64,000 nucleotides of DNA from Octopus sinensis (taxonomy: Eukaryota). The position numbers and the translations under genes are program-made. Position 1 is the first letter of the stretch; each line of letters starts with the position of its first letter. The stretch is from NCBI RefSeq assembly GCF_006345805.1, contig NC_043011.1, forward strand, positions 17,868,464 to 17,932,463, written 5' to 3'. Of the stretch, positions 42,580 through 55,504 are shown one piece after another. The notes below the pieces were generated by a model, which saw nothing but the letters and a program-made list of their open reading frames with translations, was not told where the DNA came from and did no database searches.

Positions 42580-42784
42580 CGGTTTTTTTGACTATTTATT
42601 AAAATTTTATGTATTGATTAAGTCTTTCCTTGTTTGTTTTGCAAAATAGTGGTTTTGTCTCTGATAATATTTTATAATATTTTACTATAAAATTGGATTT
42701 AATCCTAAATCTGATTTTTTCCCTGTAAATTTGGATTTATTCCCTAATATTTATTATTTATATATATATATATATATATATGTA

Positions 42785-42866
<82 letters not shown>

Positions 42867-43052
42867 TTGAGGGCACATTATTCCTAACTTACAGGCAAAA
42901 ATTCAATTGAGAAATACTAAATCAAGTTACACAAAATATGATATATATATATATATGAAAATTATCAAAAAACACTTTTTATCAATACCAAATGAACAAT
43001 TAAATTACACCATCTAGAAAAGTACATATAATAGAAATATTAAATATAAAAT

Positions 43053-43110
<58 letters not shown>

Positions 43111-43114
<4 letters not shown>

Positions 43115-43361
43115 TGTGGGTGTATGTATGTGTGTGTATGTGTGAGTGCGTGTGTGTATGCATGTATTTGTGTATCTGTCTTTGTACCCCCACATCGCTT
43201 GACAACCGATGTTCGTGACTTAGCGGTTCGGGAACAGAGACCGATAGAAAAAGTACTATGCTTGCAAATAATAAGAACTGGGGTGATTTGTTCGACTAAA
43301 TGCGTTGCTTCAGCACGGCCGCAGTCAAGTGACAGAAACAAGTAAAAGAATAAGAGAATAC
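43111..43361 (+). mobile_element. SINE family A, 3' half of the split copy
   Basis: CGCTTGACAACCGATG...GAGACCGATAGAA...CGGCCGCAGTCAAGTGACAGAAACAAGTAAAAGA. Confidence 0.8.
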
Positions 43362-43689
43362 ATCTACATATGCAGTTTTGTAGAGATTTGTATGTATGCG
43401 TGTACGAATGGATATATGGAATGTCGCATAAATATTTTATAGTATTTCACCACTCTTTATTTGTGACATTTTATGATGTAATTGAGAAAAAAAAACCGCT
43501 TTTTATTTAACTTGCGCACGGAAAATACAATAGTTGGTGGTAATCGCTATGTGACTAGCAACACATGTAAATATGTGCTATTGGTTTATAGATATAAGAA
43601 GTTAAATATATATATTAATATAACAGCGCTACAAAATGTTTCAGCGTATGAAATGCTGGGTGATTAACGTTTGTGAGAGGCCAACAAGG

Positions 43690-44190
43690 GAGCTATACTA
43701 TGAAGCTATGAACATTGATGTTTCAAAGGGCGGGAGACTGGAGATTAAGAACTCTACCCCAAGTTCCAGATCTATAAATGTACGAAAGTGTCAATCGTTT
43801 AATTTCGCAAAAGCGGGTGGTTTTCTGTACGCTGCAAGTAAATACCCGTACGGCATACACAATTCGTTAAGCGGCTATGAAATTTTTTTAAAAGACAGTG
43901 GAAGTGCCTTGAACCCATGTCACAGCCCCATTTAGCTTCCCCTACATCTTGGGGAACTATCAAAAGTCAGAGAGTGCAACGTGTGGATTGTAGCGAGGGG
44001 GGTGGATATTATGCTCATCTCTGTAATGTTGTTGGTTACCTTGATGGATCTGTAGACTGATGTATTGTCCTGGTGCACATGCTATGGCTTTTTGCGACAA
44101 AATCTCCTCCTGAATTGCCTCAAAACCAATACAAGGAATATTTTGTTGAAGTCTACTCAGAGAAATCAGAATGGATATAAATGATTCCAC
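43690..44190 (+). mobile_element. Highly decayed RTE-like RT remnant
   Basis: NLLLNCLKTNTRNILLKSTQRNQNGYK at ~44100-44182 resembles the RTE motif NxxLLNRIxxxxxxxLRxNQNGFR. Confidence 0.3.
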
Positions 44191-44926
44191 TGATGGCGAA
44201 AAAGGGATGATCATGCGCTGTCTAGTAAAATTTCTCTACTTGGCCTTTTAAACTAGCAAAAAGTATATATTCGGCTCATAAAGTTGAATCTATGCTCAGT
44301 CTGGAGCATTTCATATGTTTCTGTAGAGTCTTAACACAGTTAAGTTACAGACCTTTCCTTCAATCTGGATAACAAAAGTTAGCAAGTTATCTTGTTCGAT
44401 GTATATGTACTATATTATGAAATTCCAATAACGTTGGCCAGTTATAACAGCCTCCCGTACAAAATACACCTCATATGCAATGCATATATATATATATATA
44501 TATATTATGGAAACTATTATGGCATGAATAACGTACATCGTATATCTATATTATTTGTCATTTTCAATATAATCATTGATAAGATCGGACTCCACAAATA
44601 TCGCGAGTCCTTTTCTTTCAGTATATGTTCACTCCCACTTATATTTAGAATGTTAATGTTAGAACTTATCTTAAAATTTTCATTGCTCTGATTGGTAAGA
44701 GTCATAATTAATAACGCCTATGAAAGCACATACTAATTGATATATGTCAACATATATTCCTATTCTCCTGAAGCAATTATTTATTGACTATGTACAAAGC
44801 ATATCCTTTGTTAACGTCTAACATTTTCATGAAGTGAGTATCTATCTGTCCAAGGATCATACAATACAATTGTATATTCACAACTTATTGTCAATATAAA
44901 AAAATTACCTCACGTCACTTTTTCCC

Positions 44927-45053
44927 CACGATCCCGAAAGTATGAAAGGTAAAATCAACCTTGGCGGAATTTTAAGTTAGAATGTAAAGACAGAGGAAAT
45001 GCCGCTAAGCATTTGGCCCAGCATGCTAACCAATCTGTTAGCTCACCGCCTTA
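44927..45053 (-). mobile_element. SINE family B, 5' part
   Basis: CCCGAAAGTATGAAAGGTAAAATCAACCTTGGCGGAATT...GCTCACCGCCTTA. Confidence 0.75.
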
Positions 45054-46080
45054 AAGTGCACCCCAATATTGACGTCTTTGAAATAATACGATTTCAAATT
45101 TTCTCCGCACTTCCCAGCATCGCTAATTGAAATTAAAGAAGTCTGTTCCCAGTCTTTGAATATCGTTTACAATACAGCTTTGTTCCCCATGGCCACATGT
45201 CAGACGAAACATTCTTTTCATTCTCAGTGAAATGAAGTGCCACTAATCCTTTAGTTCGATGTGCCAACGATTCCGCCAGCTTACAGCATTCAATAGTGAA
45301 TATTTATTTTAATTCATCTACTTATGTAATCTGGAAAGCGTACAGCTGAACTCTTCGTATAAATTATATTCCATATACAGGAAATCTACATAAATATTTT
45401 GCCTATGGGGAAGATCTGTAGGACCGAGAATTTGAAAAGAAATCTTTTTTTCCCTAATATTTAATTCATTGAAACTCTCAGATAGAAAATCGTGACAAAT
45501 TTAGATGCAAATAAATAATTGATTTGTGCATATTTAAAATCTGGAAAAGAATTTGTAGCTCAAATTTACCGTTCTATAAAACACATTTTTTCTTAATTTC
45601 AATTTGAATATTATTTTCATTTTTGACTATTTTAATCGAGTTCAAATTTCGGTTAGCATTTTGTTTTTTCAGCTCTTACTAGATTTGGTTCAAAACACCT
45701 AAAATTTCTAACTATTAAATTTCAAACAAGAAAACACAGGAAAAGCAGGAAAAAAAGATCGTAACTTATTAATACATATTCTAATGCATATTTTTAACAT
45801 ATGATCATGGACAGTTGTTGGAAAATACTTTGAGGTGAGAATTGTCAAGAGGGAAATTTAAATATTTATCGATATTTAGCGGATATTTTCACTGATAATT
45901 GAACAAGTTCAATATTGAGAATGTTATATTTAATAATGTTTAGATATTTCATGTAGATAAACAGCACAGGTAAATGAAACTTGAATATATATTTTTTACT
46001 ATGTAATATTTAACGAAAAAGTAGATTAGTACAAACTTGACTTCGTATTATTTAAAATACGTCAATATAGAGATGCACTT

Positions 46081-46730
46081 TAAGGCGGTGAGCTAACATT
46101 GATTAGCACACGGGGCAAAATACTAACCGGCATTTCGTCCGTCTGAATGTTCTGACTTAAAATTCTGCTAAAGTTGACTTTACCTTTCATCCTTTCGGGG
46201 TCGATAACATAAATACCTATTTCTTTACTACCCACAAGGGGCTAAACACAGAGGGGAAAACCAAGGAAAAACAAACGGATTAAGTCGATTACATCGATCC
46301 CAGTGCGTAACTTGTACTTAATTTATCGACCCCGAAAGGATGAAAGGAAAATTCTACCTCGGCGGAATTTGAGCTCAGAACGTAGCGGCAGGCGAAATAC
46401 CTATTTCTTTACTACCCACAAGGGGCTAAACACAGAGGGGACAAACAAGGACAGAAAACGTATTAAGTCGATTACATCGATTCAATGCGTAACTGGTACT
46501 CATTTAATCGACCCCGAAAGGATGAAAGGCAAAGTCGACCTCGACGAAATTTGAACTCAGAACGTAACAGCAGACGAAATACCGCTAAGCATTTCGCCCG
46601 GCTTGCTAACGATTCTGCCAGCCCGCCGCCTTCGGTAACATAAATACTATCCGAGCACTGGCGTCAATGTAATCGACTTACCTAACCATTATAATTGCTG
46701 ACTGGCCTGTTGCCCAAATTTGAAACCAAT
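46081..46730. mobile_element. Nested SINE family B cluster: minus-strand dimer inserted into a plus-strand copy
   Basis: Plus copy 46081-46216 resumes at 46636. The insert 46217-46635 has two family-B tails. TAACATAAATAC is duplicated at 46205-46216 and 46636-46647. Confidence 0.85.
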
Positions 46731-47736
46731 GTTAAATTGTACTTGAATCTGAAGGTGATATCTGTCTTTACTCTCCCTAGGTTTCTCAAATTGGTGGCTT
46801 GCTTCTAAAATAAGTATCAGTGTCATTTAGCTCAAAATAGATATCATTTATCGTAACCCCATCTGATGATATTATGTTCTCGTTTCAAAGAGTTTTCTAG
46901 ATTAAAATAACAGAAGGTTAGGTCCTAAACACAATGCAATTTGAACCTTGCAGTCGAAGATATATCATAAGAAAACTCTTTCACATTATGATATATTTCT
47001 ACCCCAACCTCTTCCATATCTATATGAATACCAGCATGTATTTTCTGTTGAAAAGCTATGGAATGATGCTTCTTTTTATTGAAAGAGAATCTTGAATGAA
47101 TTATATATGAGAAACTGGTCGTTATATAATTCATATTTACTATAAAATGCACAAATTATAAACACGTGAAATCTGTGGAGATAATCAGTAAAAATATTTT
47201 GTGAAAATTTTCATTATTTCAAAGATGATTAATGCTTAATAATTAAAATTATTTATTTCAGGAAGCGATTAGCACTAAGGAAATGTAATTAATCATAAGG
47301 GATGGGAGACTTAGTATTTATTGTAAATATTAAAATCGTGTGCGCGTTGTCAATATCTAATTGAAAAGAAATACAACATTACTCAGGAGAAGAAAATCAC
47401 TGAAATTAATTCGCGACAAAATTATTTCAAATTTATTTTGGAATTTTCCACGTCTCCCAGTTACAATTGCCAACATAGTCTAGTTTACTGGTTTCACAGT
47501 CAGGAACTAACTTCCTTGTTATATTACTTTTCCCTCGAGTAATTCAATGAATGATTTTCCAACTAGTATGGATCAGAATAAATATCATAAATCATAACGC
47601 GGTACGGTTGATGTGAGCATTAATGCATTTTCCTAGCTATGTCCATTGTTCCTCTAGACCGTTTCATATTAAACAGTTTAGATAAGATACAAATTTTATT
47701 ACCACTCGATGTTTTTAATACGCACACACACACACA

Positions 47737-47774
<38 letters not shown>

Positions 47775-48295
47775 CGAACGAGATAGAGAGACAAATATGC
47801 GCATACGTTTATATATACAAAACACATATGGATACATGCTTGCACGCACACACATGGGCAAAAACTCTCACACACACATATATTAGAAATTTTTGAAAGC
47901 GGTTTTCGCGGAGCAGATATATTACTCGCAGATGAAATTCAATAACTAATTATAAATTGTAAACAGTTACAAGAATGGCTGCGAGAAATTCCACAGAATC
48001 GAAAGCTCCCTGAACATATTTTTGTAATATGGGCACGAATAAAATTGTCCATATTACCACGACGTTTTCAATAACAGATTATGTGATAACTATTATCTAA
48101 ATGGCTATTTCTTTTCAGAAAATAAAATAGAGAGATTAACACCAGAATTTTAATTCATAAAAATATGGGACAAAAAGGTAAATGTCACATCCATATTTCA
48201 GCAAGCATAGAAAAGCTGAGAAAACAGAAGCTTCGAATACAACACCTTAATTCAAACAAATATCTATGTATATAAGGTGTGTTTATGCATCTCTC

Positions 48296-48341
<46 letters not shown>

Positions 48342-48700
48342 ACGTGGTAATGCTTCAGCAAGTAGAAAATCAGTCGATTAGCTAAGAGCGTAAAGATAAT
48401 CTCATATAAACCCACAAATCTTGTAAATTCACCTACTCGGCCTCTCTTATTGAGCCATTTGCTCCTGAAAAGACAATTGAAACATGGTCTTCTTTTCAGG
48501 TTGTTAATGGCGGAATAAATTATTATTTCGAACAGGACACTCTGGGTAGCTGTATTTATAAGATTTAAAATTTATATATATATGTATATATATATATATA
48601 GTTAATCGAAACATGAAAACACAAAGAGAAAACACAACAACGCGAGAACGTGGAACACTGTAGTATTATTGGACGCCCAGGAAAGAAGGAAAGAAGGAGG

Positions 48701-48735
48701 GTTTAACGTTTCGAGCGGAGCTCTTCGTCAGAAAC
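48701..48735 (-). ncRNA. Minimal type I hammerhead ribozyme motif within a short repeat (~48601-48830)
   Basis: GTTT-CTGACGA-A-GAGC(tcc)GCTC-GAAA-C-GTT-AAAC. Stems I and II fully paired, palindromic AACGTT. Confidence 0.8.
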
Positions 48736-50774
48736 ATAGGAAAAGGAAAGATCCAAAGAAGGGAAGACAGAGGAAAAAATCGCCAACGGTACACACGCGG
48801 TCACATGTTTGCCATATATAATATATATATATATGCGTGTGTGTGTGTATGTGTGTATCTGTGTGTGCGTGCGTGTGTGTGTGTGTAAGCATTGGACACA
48901 CACATTGCATGAATATAAAACCAGTGTAAATTGGAATACTTTCTATTCAAATGTAATGGTATCTGCAGACTGAATTTAAGCGACTGGGTTTGTTCCAAAT
49001 ATATCAGGCCTTGTGCCTATGATAGAAATTATCACCATAGATATTATAAATGATTATTATTATTATTCAAGAGTAGTACGAGTGAATTTAGTTTTGGAAT
49101 TCGGAGGGTATTATGTAGTCGAGGACCGTCGGAAAGACAAAAGCAGTTAACTTGTGTGATAAATAGCAAAATATATCTCGGTGAAAATTGAAACCAAATG
49201 TCACAGGACGTAACTATATATAAATATGCCTTGTAGACTTCCACCTTCTCGAAATATTATTAACTAAAACTTTTCTTGTAAGTGTCCTGTTTAATTTTCA
49301 ATCGGTTTCACTAAAAGTGTTCCTGGCAAGATTTAAAGCGTAAAAAACAATATTTTTAACATTGAATGCGATATTTTTAAAGTGGCAGTGATATCATCTG
49401 CAATTAATCTTAAGTGAATTCAAAGCTCGATTTTCATGACATAATGTTAAACAATCGCAAATATTATTGCATATCATTTTCACTCCATTTCTTTACCATG
49501 TATTCATTCGAATGTCATATACAGGGAAGCGTGTTTGTGCGGTGGATTGTAGTTATTATTATACTTCTGGTTATTTTTATACTTTTTGTCAGAAGATATT
49601 TAAGACGATAGAAATTCTTTGGAGATATCATGTCTAATTAAATTCTGTGACATTTCCCTTAGTGAAATACTTTGAAAAACTAATCTCTGGAGACGATTTC
49701 ATCTTCCAAGAAATAATTTATGTTTGATTCCTTTGTTCTGGTGTTTTTTTTTTTTTGTTTCTTTCTTGTTACTTCGCTGCATCTTAAATTAAGATGTTGT
49801 AAAGTTAATATGAATATCTCAAATGTTAACTGCTGATTTTTTCTTTGTTTTGTTGTTTCTTTACTAATTTTGGTATCTTCTAAGTCACTTGGAAGTATTC
49901 CCGATATGTTCAACTGATAGCACAATGGAACAATGCACATAAGATCAATGATGGCAAGGATAAAGCGTAAAGAAAAGATAATACAGGTAGAGGTGAGAAA
50001 ATAATTTGACTAAACTATTCAACTCAGTTTTTGAATTTCATTATTTGCACTACTTTCCAAACAGTTGACTGTTCAAGTGTAAAATGCATTAAGAAATACA
50101 CAGGCATTCAGATGCATTTTGCATAGACGCCCAGACTTGTATATCTACTCATAGAAAACGAAAGATGCTTAAATACACGCAAAATTTTTTAAAAAAAGGC
50201 AACTTGATAAAGTAGAATGATCAAAGTTATTTTATGAAGATTGATTGCATATGTTGTATTCTCACTTTCCTTATTGTGAGGAATTGTTTTAAAAGTATCA
50301 TAACATATCTGCTCAATGAAATATCAACGAATCGAAAAAGAAAAAGAGACATGTCTCAGAGAAAGTGAGGCAACATAACCAAAATAAGAGAAAATATAGC
50401 TAACTGGCCAATAATCGACTTTCATAGATAAGTGATGCAAATTATGTGTGCTAAGGTCATAGATTATGATAGCAAGTTATAAATATTGTAACTGCCACGT
50501 AGTATTGAAGTAAAATAGATTATAACAGCAGCTGTTTGGTGTGTGATGTTATAATGGTCATATTGGATTTAACACGACATATTCGTTTTAAATGTTCAGA
50601 GGGTGTCTCATATCCAGTACTTTATGATCATAGTAGAAACATTTTCAATTGTCTGTACAAAACGATTGCATTTGATAAAAGAAGTGTCTTGCATATGTGT
50701 CGAAAATATATTTAAAAAAATTTCTTGTAAAAATAATCGCTTGGTTTTTGTGTGTAAAGATAAATACATAATAC

Positions 50775-50839
<65 letters not shown>

Positions 50840-50954
50840 GTATTTTCTCTGTTTTCAGCTCAGAGCTGCGGCCATGCTGACGCATCGCCGTTTTGTGCTA
50901 CACTGTTATTGCGAAGAACCTCGTCTAATATGTGGCACTTAGTGAAGAATGAAG

Positions 50955-53268
50955 TTTGATATACCTACTCTCATTTGCACCTCTTGCCGTGAGGTAGGTT
51001 CATCTGGGTCTCTCAACAGGAAGGTATCCAGCTTTTATTTAAAAACCGCTACATCTACTTTGTGCAAGTTCCTCAGACTCTTTCTGAGAATATTAAAAAT
51101 CTGTGGGCCCTTGAAACCCAGGCTGTTGCAGAAGCTGATCCTGAAGCGTGATGGCATTGCTGGGATCTTTGGCACTATACAGTGTCGTCCCGTTCTAGCA
51201 TTGGTGTAGATCACAATGCCAAAATTTGGCACAATTTCTTCCAGGAACTTCCTGGCATATATTACTGCATACATCTCCCGTCTTCTCTCCAGGGAGTAGA
51301 GACTTAGCTGTTTCAACCTTTCCTAGTAACTGAGCTGTTGCAAAGAGACGATCTTCTTTGTGAATCTTCTCTGGATTGCTTCATGGTCCGCTGTTAATTT
51401 TACACTGGTTGGTGACCATAGCTGTGAGCAGTAATCCAGGCGGCTGAGGACGAATGTCCGCCAGTGGACCATGATGGTTTCCTTATCTTTGGTTCTGAAT
51501 GTTCTTAGGATCCACCCAGCCAGTTATCTGCACTTTGTCGCCATCCTGGCAATGTGCACTTGGGAAGATATCCAGGTCCCTCACAGACTTAGGCTCTGGG
51601 ATTGAAATTCCCTGTGGTCCGGTTTATCCTGTAAGTTTAATATTCAGTTTTGGATGCTGGTAGCGCAGGGCCTGGAATTTTCCAGCATTAAACTGCATAT
51701 TATTATCCTCAGCCCATCTGTAGATTGAGTCCAACTCCTGCTGTAGATGTCCAACATCGCTGGGGTTCTGTATTTTCTGCGAGACTTTCGTATCGTCTAT
51801 GTAGCTGGCCAGAGTGGCTATCCGGGCATTTGAGGGCATATCTGAGAGGGCCACTATAAAAAGCAATGGTCCCAAGACAATGCCCTGTGGAACACCGCTC
51901 ACTATTTGTGTGTTCATAGAGGTGACTCCATTAACCACTACTGCCTGACTCCTATCTTTCAGGAAGTCATGTAACCACACTCCAAGTTTTCCAGCTATGA
52001 CGAGGTCACGCAGTTTGTGGCATATCATACCATGATCTACCTTGTCAAAAGCTTTTGCAAAATCAAGGTAGATTACGTCCACATTTGATTTGTTGAGTAA
52101 CTGCCTCAACACCCAGTCATAATGTTGTAAGAGCTGGGTCAGGCAGCTCCTACCTGGTCGAAAACCATGCTGGGTATCACTGAGCAAGTTATTTTCCTCA
52201 AGGAATGCGATTAGTTTCTTTCTGACTATCCGTTCCATGACTTTGCTGATGTGTGAAGTCAGAGAGATAGGCCTATAGTTTTGGCATCTGCTCTGCTTCC
52301 CCTTTTATGTATTGGGTATTCCCTCCTTTAGCTTGCTTGGCAGTTTGCCATTCGCAAGAAAGCTCTGGAAGAGAATCTTGAGGTGTTTTGCCAGGACATG
52401 CTGACACGCTTTGAGGAGGTTGGCTGGGAAACCATCTGGACCAGCAGCTGAGTTTGTGTCCACTTCATCTATGGCTAGTAGGACATCATTTTCGCCAATG
52501 TCAATACATTCTTTTGTAACGACCTCGCTGGATATAGGTGAGGCGGAAAAAAATTCCACTGGTTCGTTCACTTGTCTGTATTCCAACGGGGTGGTAAAGA
52601 CACTTTTGAACTGGTCATTCAGCATCTAACTAATCTTAGTTGGACTGTCTGTGAGGGAACCATCCTTTTGGAGGAGGGGTCCTATCTTGTAGTGCACTGA
52701 GACTGTTTCTTTCGCGTAATGAAAGAAGGCCTTTGGGTTTGATTTAATATTTTTTATAACCCAGGCTTCTTTGTCTGCTTTCTCCTCCACATAGGATTAT
52801 TGCAGCCTTTTTTCGATCTCCATCATTGTTGTTTTTAGGCGGGACGTTTCGCTACTTTCGGGATGTTGGTTGAGACGATTTGCAACCTTCGTCCGTCGTC
52901 TCATGAGGATCTTTCTGTCTCTTGGAATCTTGCTCCTATTTATTTTGGCCTTGTGCCCTGGGATATATTTCTGGCATACGGCTTGCACAGAAGACATGAA
53001 ACATTCTAGTTTTATGTCAATGTCTGGTGTGGAGAGACATTCCGGCCAGTCCTCTCTGAGGATCTCTTTTTGGATCGATTTCCAATCTGCTTTGTGGAAG
53101 TTCAGATTGGAGAGATTTCGGGTGCTTCCTTTATGCTGTATATATCTGGTTACTTTTGGCCCAAACATAGACAGGTCTATTATGTTGTGATCCGAAACTG
53201 ATGTCGGTGTCAATTTCACATCATGAATGATGTCCATATTGTTCGTGAAGAAGAGATCCAGAATGTTA
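50955..53268 (-). mobile_element. CR1-clade LINE, 5'-truncated, inactivated ORF2 (end of AP endonuclease + RT)
   Basis: NILDLFFTN...SDHN (APE end), AAGPDG, NYRPISLTSHISKVMER, QHGFRPGRSCLTQLL, YLDFAKAFDKVDH, SGVPQGIVLGPLLF, YIDD, LDYCSQLWSP, LSLYSLERRR, KLDTFL..PDEP. Several in-frame stops and small indels. Confidence 0.93.
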
Positions 53269-53274
53269 TATGTA

Positions 53275-53305
<31 letters not shown>

Positions 53306-53527
53306 GTATATATATATATATATATATATAGATATATATATATATAATATATAATATATATATATATATATATACATATAAATACATACATATATACATA
53401 CATATATCTATCTATATATAAATATATATATGAATACGTATATATATATATAAATATACATATATATATATATATATATATAAATATACATATATATATC
53501 TATATATGTATCTATATATGTATATAT

Positions 53528-53580
<53 letters not shown>

Positions 53581-53635
53581 CTATGTGTATATACAACACA
53601 AAAGCCGTTCGATTCGTTCCAACATTTCAATTTAG

Positions 53636-53685
53636 TTTGTCAAAATATTTTCGTTGCTAAAATCGGCGGCCTGTTCACTGACAAA
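53636..53685 (-). ncRNA. Hammerhead-like motif with G3:C8 swapped core
   Basis: TTTGTCA-GTGAACA-G-GCCGC(cgatttta)GCAAC-GAAA-ATATTT-TGACAAA. Perfect 7 bp stem I, palindromic AAAATATTTT, stem II only 3 of 5 paired. Confidence 0.45.
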
Positions 53686-53818
53686 AATACGCACCACGGA
53701 TTATATATAATTCCACGCTGGAATTGTTTTCGTTTCAGCACACGATCTCAGATCAAATCACTTGCTATGCGAGTACATCTCCGTATGAGTGTATATATAT
53801 ATATATAATATATATATA

Positions 53819-53861
<43 letters not shown>

Positions 53862-54066
53862 GTGAAATAGAAAGATGAATAATCTTGTTGCAGATTAATC
53901 AAAAGTTTAACCGATACATTGGTAGCAAAAATCACAGCAGAAGACAGCACGGTTGGAGGTACAACCATATGGTGTTGCAACCGTGCGTTGGTGCGGATAA
54001 TTGAATATTAATATTATTAGTGAATTGAAAAAATGGAGTTGAATGAAGATTGAACAGAAATCGTTT

Positions 54067-54159
54067 TATTTCATTCTACACGTGTTTCGAAAGGCACAAT
54101 TTACCAAATTCCGATTGAATAATGAGACCATATTGTGTCTTTCTCTTCAGGAAGAAATA
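54067..54159 (-). ncRNA. Type I hammerhead ribozyme, left arm
   Basis: Reverse complement of 57438-57529 with one extra A in the stem II loop. Confidence 0.85.
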
Positions 54160-54813
54160 GGAAATCTGTTGGAAAAAACAAAAACAGAACAGATGCGGAG
54201 CAAAACAAATCGAACGAGGCTCCTAAGAGCCCATGGCCAAACTGTTTATCAGTGTATGTTGAAAACGGGTGGTGGGTGCGTTGAAGATTTTAACGGGTCA
54301 GGCAGCGGTCATTCCGGTGGGTGGGGGCACGGGGTGCGTAGATGTTCTTTGTGACCGAGAGTAAAGTTCTGACTATTTAAAGAATATTAGGTGTATTATA
54401 TGGAGCGGGGTAAAATCTACTTAGAGACATGTGTGTGTGTGCTGTTCTATATATGTGTGCAGGCGCAAGTTGGTAAGAAGCGCTACATTCTGGTCACTGC
54501 TGAGAAATCCGTCAAGGGGTAGAAAATATTTTATGTGTACGTGTGTGCGTTTGATCGCGCGGCTGTCAGTTGGTAAACAGCTCTACACAATGGTCACTGC
54601 TGTAAAATCCGTCGGGCGGCAGAAAAATATTTTATGTGTGCGTGTGTTCGTCTAATCATGCCTTGTCAAAGAAACCCCCGTCGTCAAAAACAAAACACCA
54701 TTCATCACCCAGGAGTAATTCCCCTTGCAATGGTTAATCATATTTCAGAATTTATTACCAAGGGCTATTTTCATATAAGTAGTGTAACCGGGTGCAGGTA
54801 TTATTTATAAGCG

Positions 54814-55302
54814 TTATTTATAAGCAAGATAAGTATAACGCCGCCAATGGGGGCATCGAAAAGCCGACTGTAAAAGTCCGTTTACCCTCCGGTTTCTGGC
54901 GAACAATATATGGAAGAGTTCGGAGACACAAAGGTTGCACTTCCTTCTGCCCCTGTCAAATGGGAGGGCCACCGACAAAATTGACCATTCCAGCCTGTAG
55001 CTTGAGTTCGTATTCTTCAATCGCCATATTAGCTTGCTAAGTCCCGTGGTCTGGCGTTTATTCACGTCTCGAAACGTTGCGTAATGGTTGGAGATTCGTA
55101 AGGCCAATCTTGACGATGAGGTCCCGACATAAGCGTAGACATCTGAGTCCGTGTAAACCTTGCATTGGTAGACGGCGTTTCTGATCTTGGAGTTCACCGA
55201 CGTGAACCTTATTCTGTTAGGATTAGCTTCCGAAATTAGAACTGCGTTACTGTCACTATATTTGTTGCGAGAACTGCAGCCGCTTACTACTTTATTTTCC
55301 AC
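54814..55302 (-). CDS. GIY-YIG endonuclease domain of the PLE, left copy (not an independent gene)
   Basis: NAVYQCKV...YAYVGTS...LRISNH...TGLSKLIWRLK...EWSIL...CNLCVSELFHI...N...CPH. The same frame continues upstream to ~55770 through one TGA and one TAG. Confidence 0.8.
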   Translation of the reverse strand: MENKVVSGCSSRNKYSDSNAVLISEANPNRIRFTSVNSKIRNAVYQCKVYTDSDVYAYVGTSSSRLALRISNHYATFRDVNKRQTTGLSKLIWRLKNTNSSYRLEWSILSVALPFDRGRRKCNLCVSELFHILFARNRRVNGLLQSAFRCPHWRRYTYLAYK

Positions 55303-55504
55303 TACGTCACTATTAACTAACGGAATAACCCCTCATTCTCCACTATCTATCAGAGTGCTGTCATTGCTAGTGCCCGTGGTGCTGCTATTGACGGAAACGA
55401 TGCTGGAGTTGCTATTGGGACTCTCTACCTTAACGAGCCGAGCTGCGCTCACCTAACTACTGCCATTGTTACCGTCAATTACAACACCCCTATTTATAAC
55501 TATA

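Larger units (their letters stand above)
42177..42673. mobile_element. Miniature Penelope-like inverted structure: ~182 bp inverted arms around a GIY-YIG C-terminal fragment
   Basis: 42177-42358 is the near-perfect reverse complement of 42491-42673. The spacer reads IEPFFTEILAQENLSDAAESRCKYYVERLEILKLPP, resembling the end of a PLE endonuclease. Each arm has an HHR. Confidence 0.8.

Noticed and set aside
48500-48545. Candidate plus-strand exon VVNGGINYYFEQDTL after a pyrimidine tract
   Set aside because: Weak donor, no recognisable protein, no neighbouring exons.
54494-54540. CTGCTGA...GAAAATATTTT hammerhead-like string antisense to the PLE UTR
   Set aside because: A6 is changed, stem II does not close and stem I partners do not pair.
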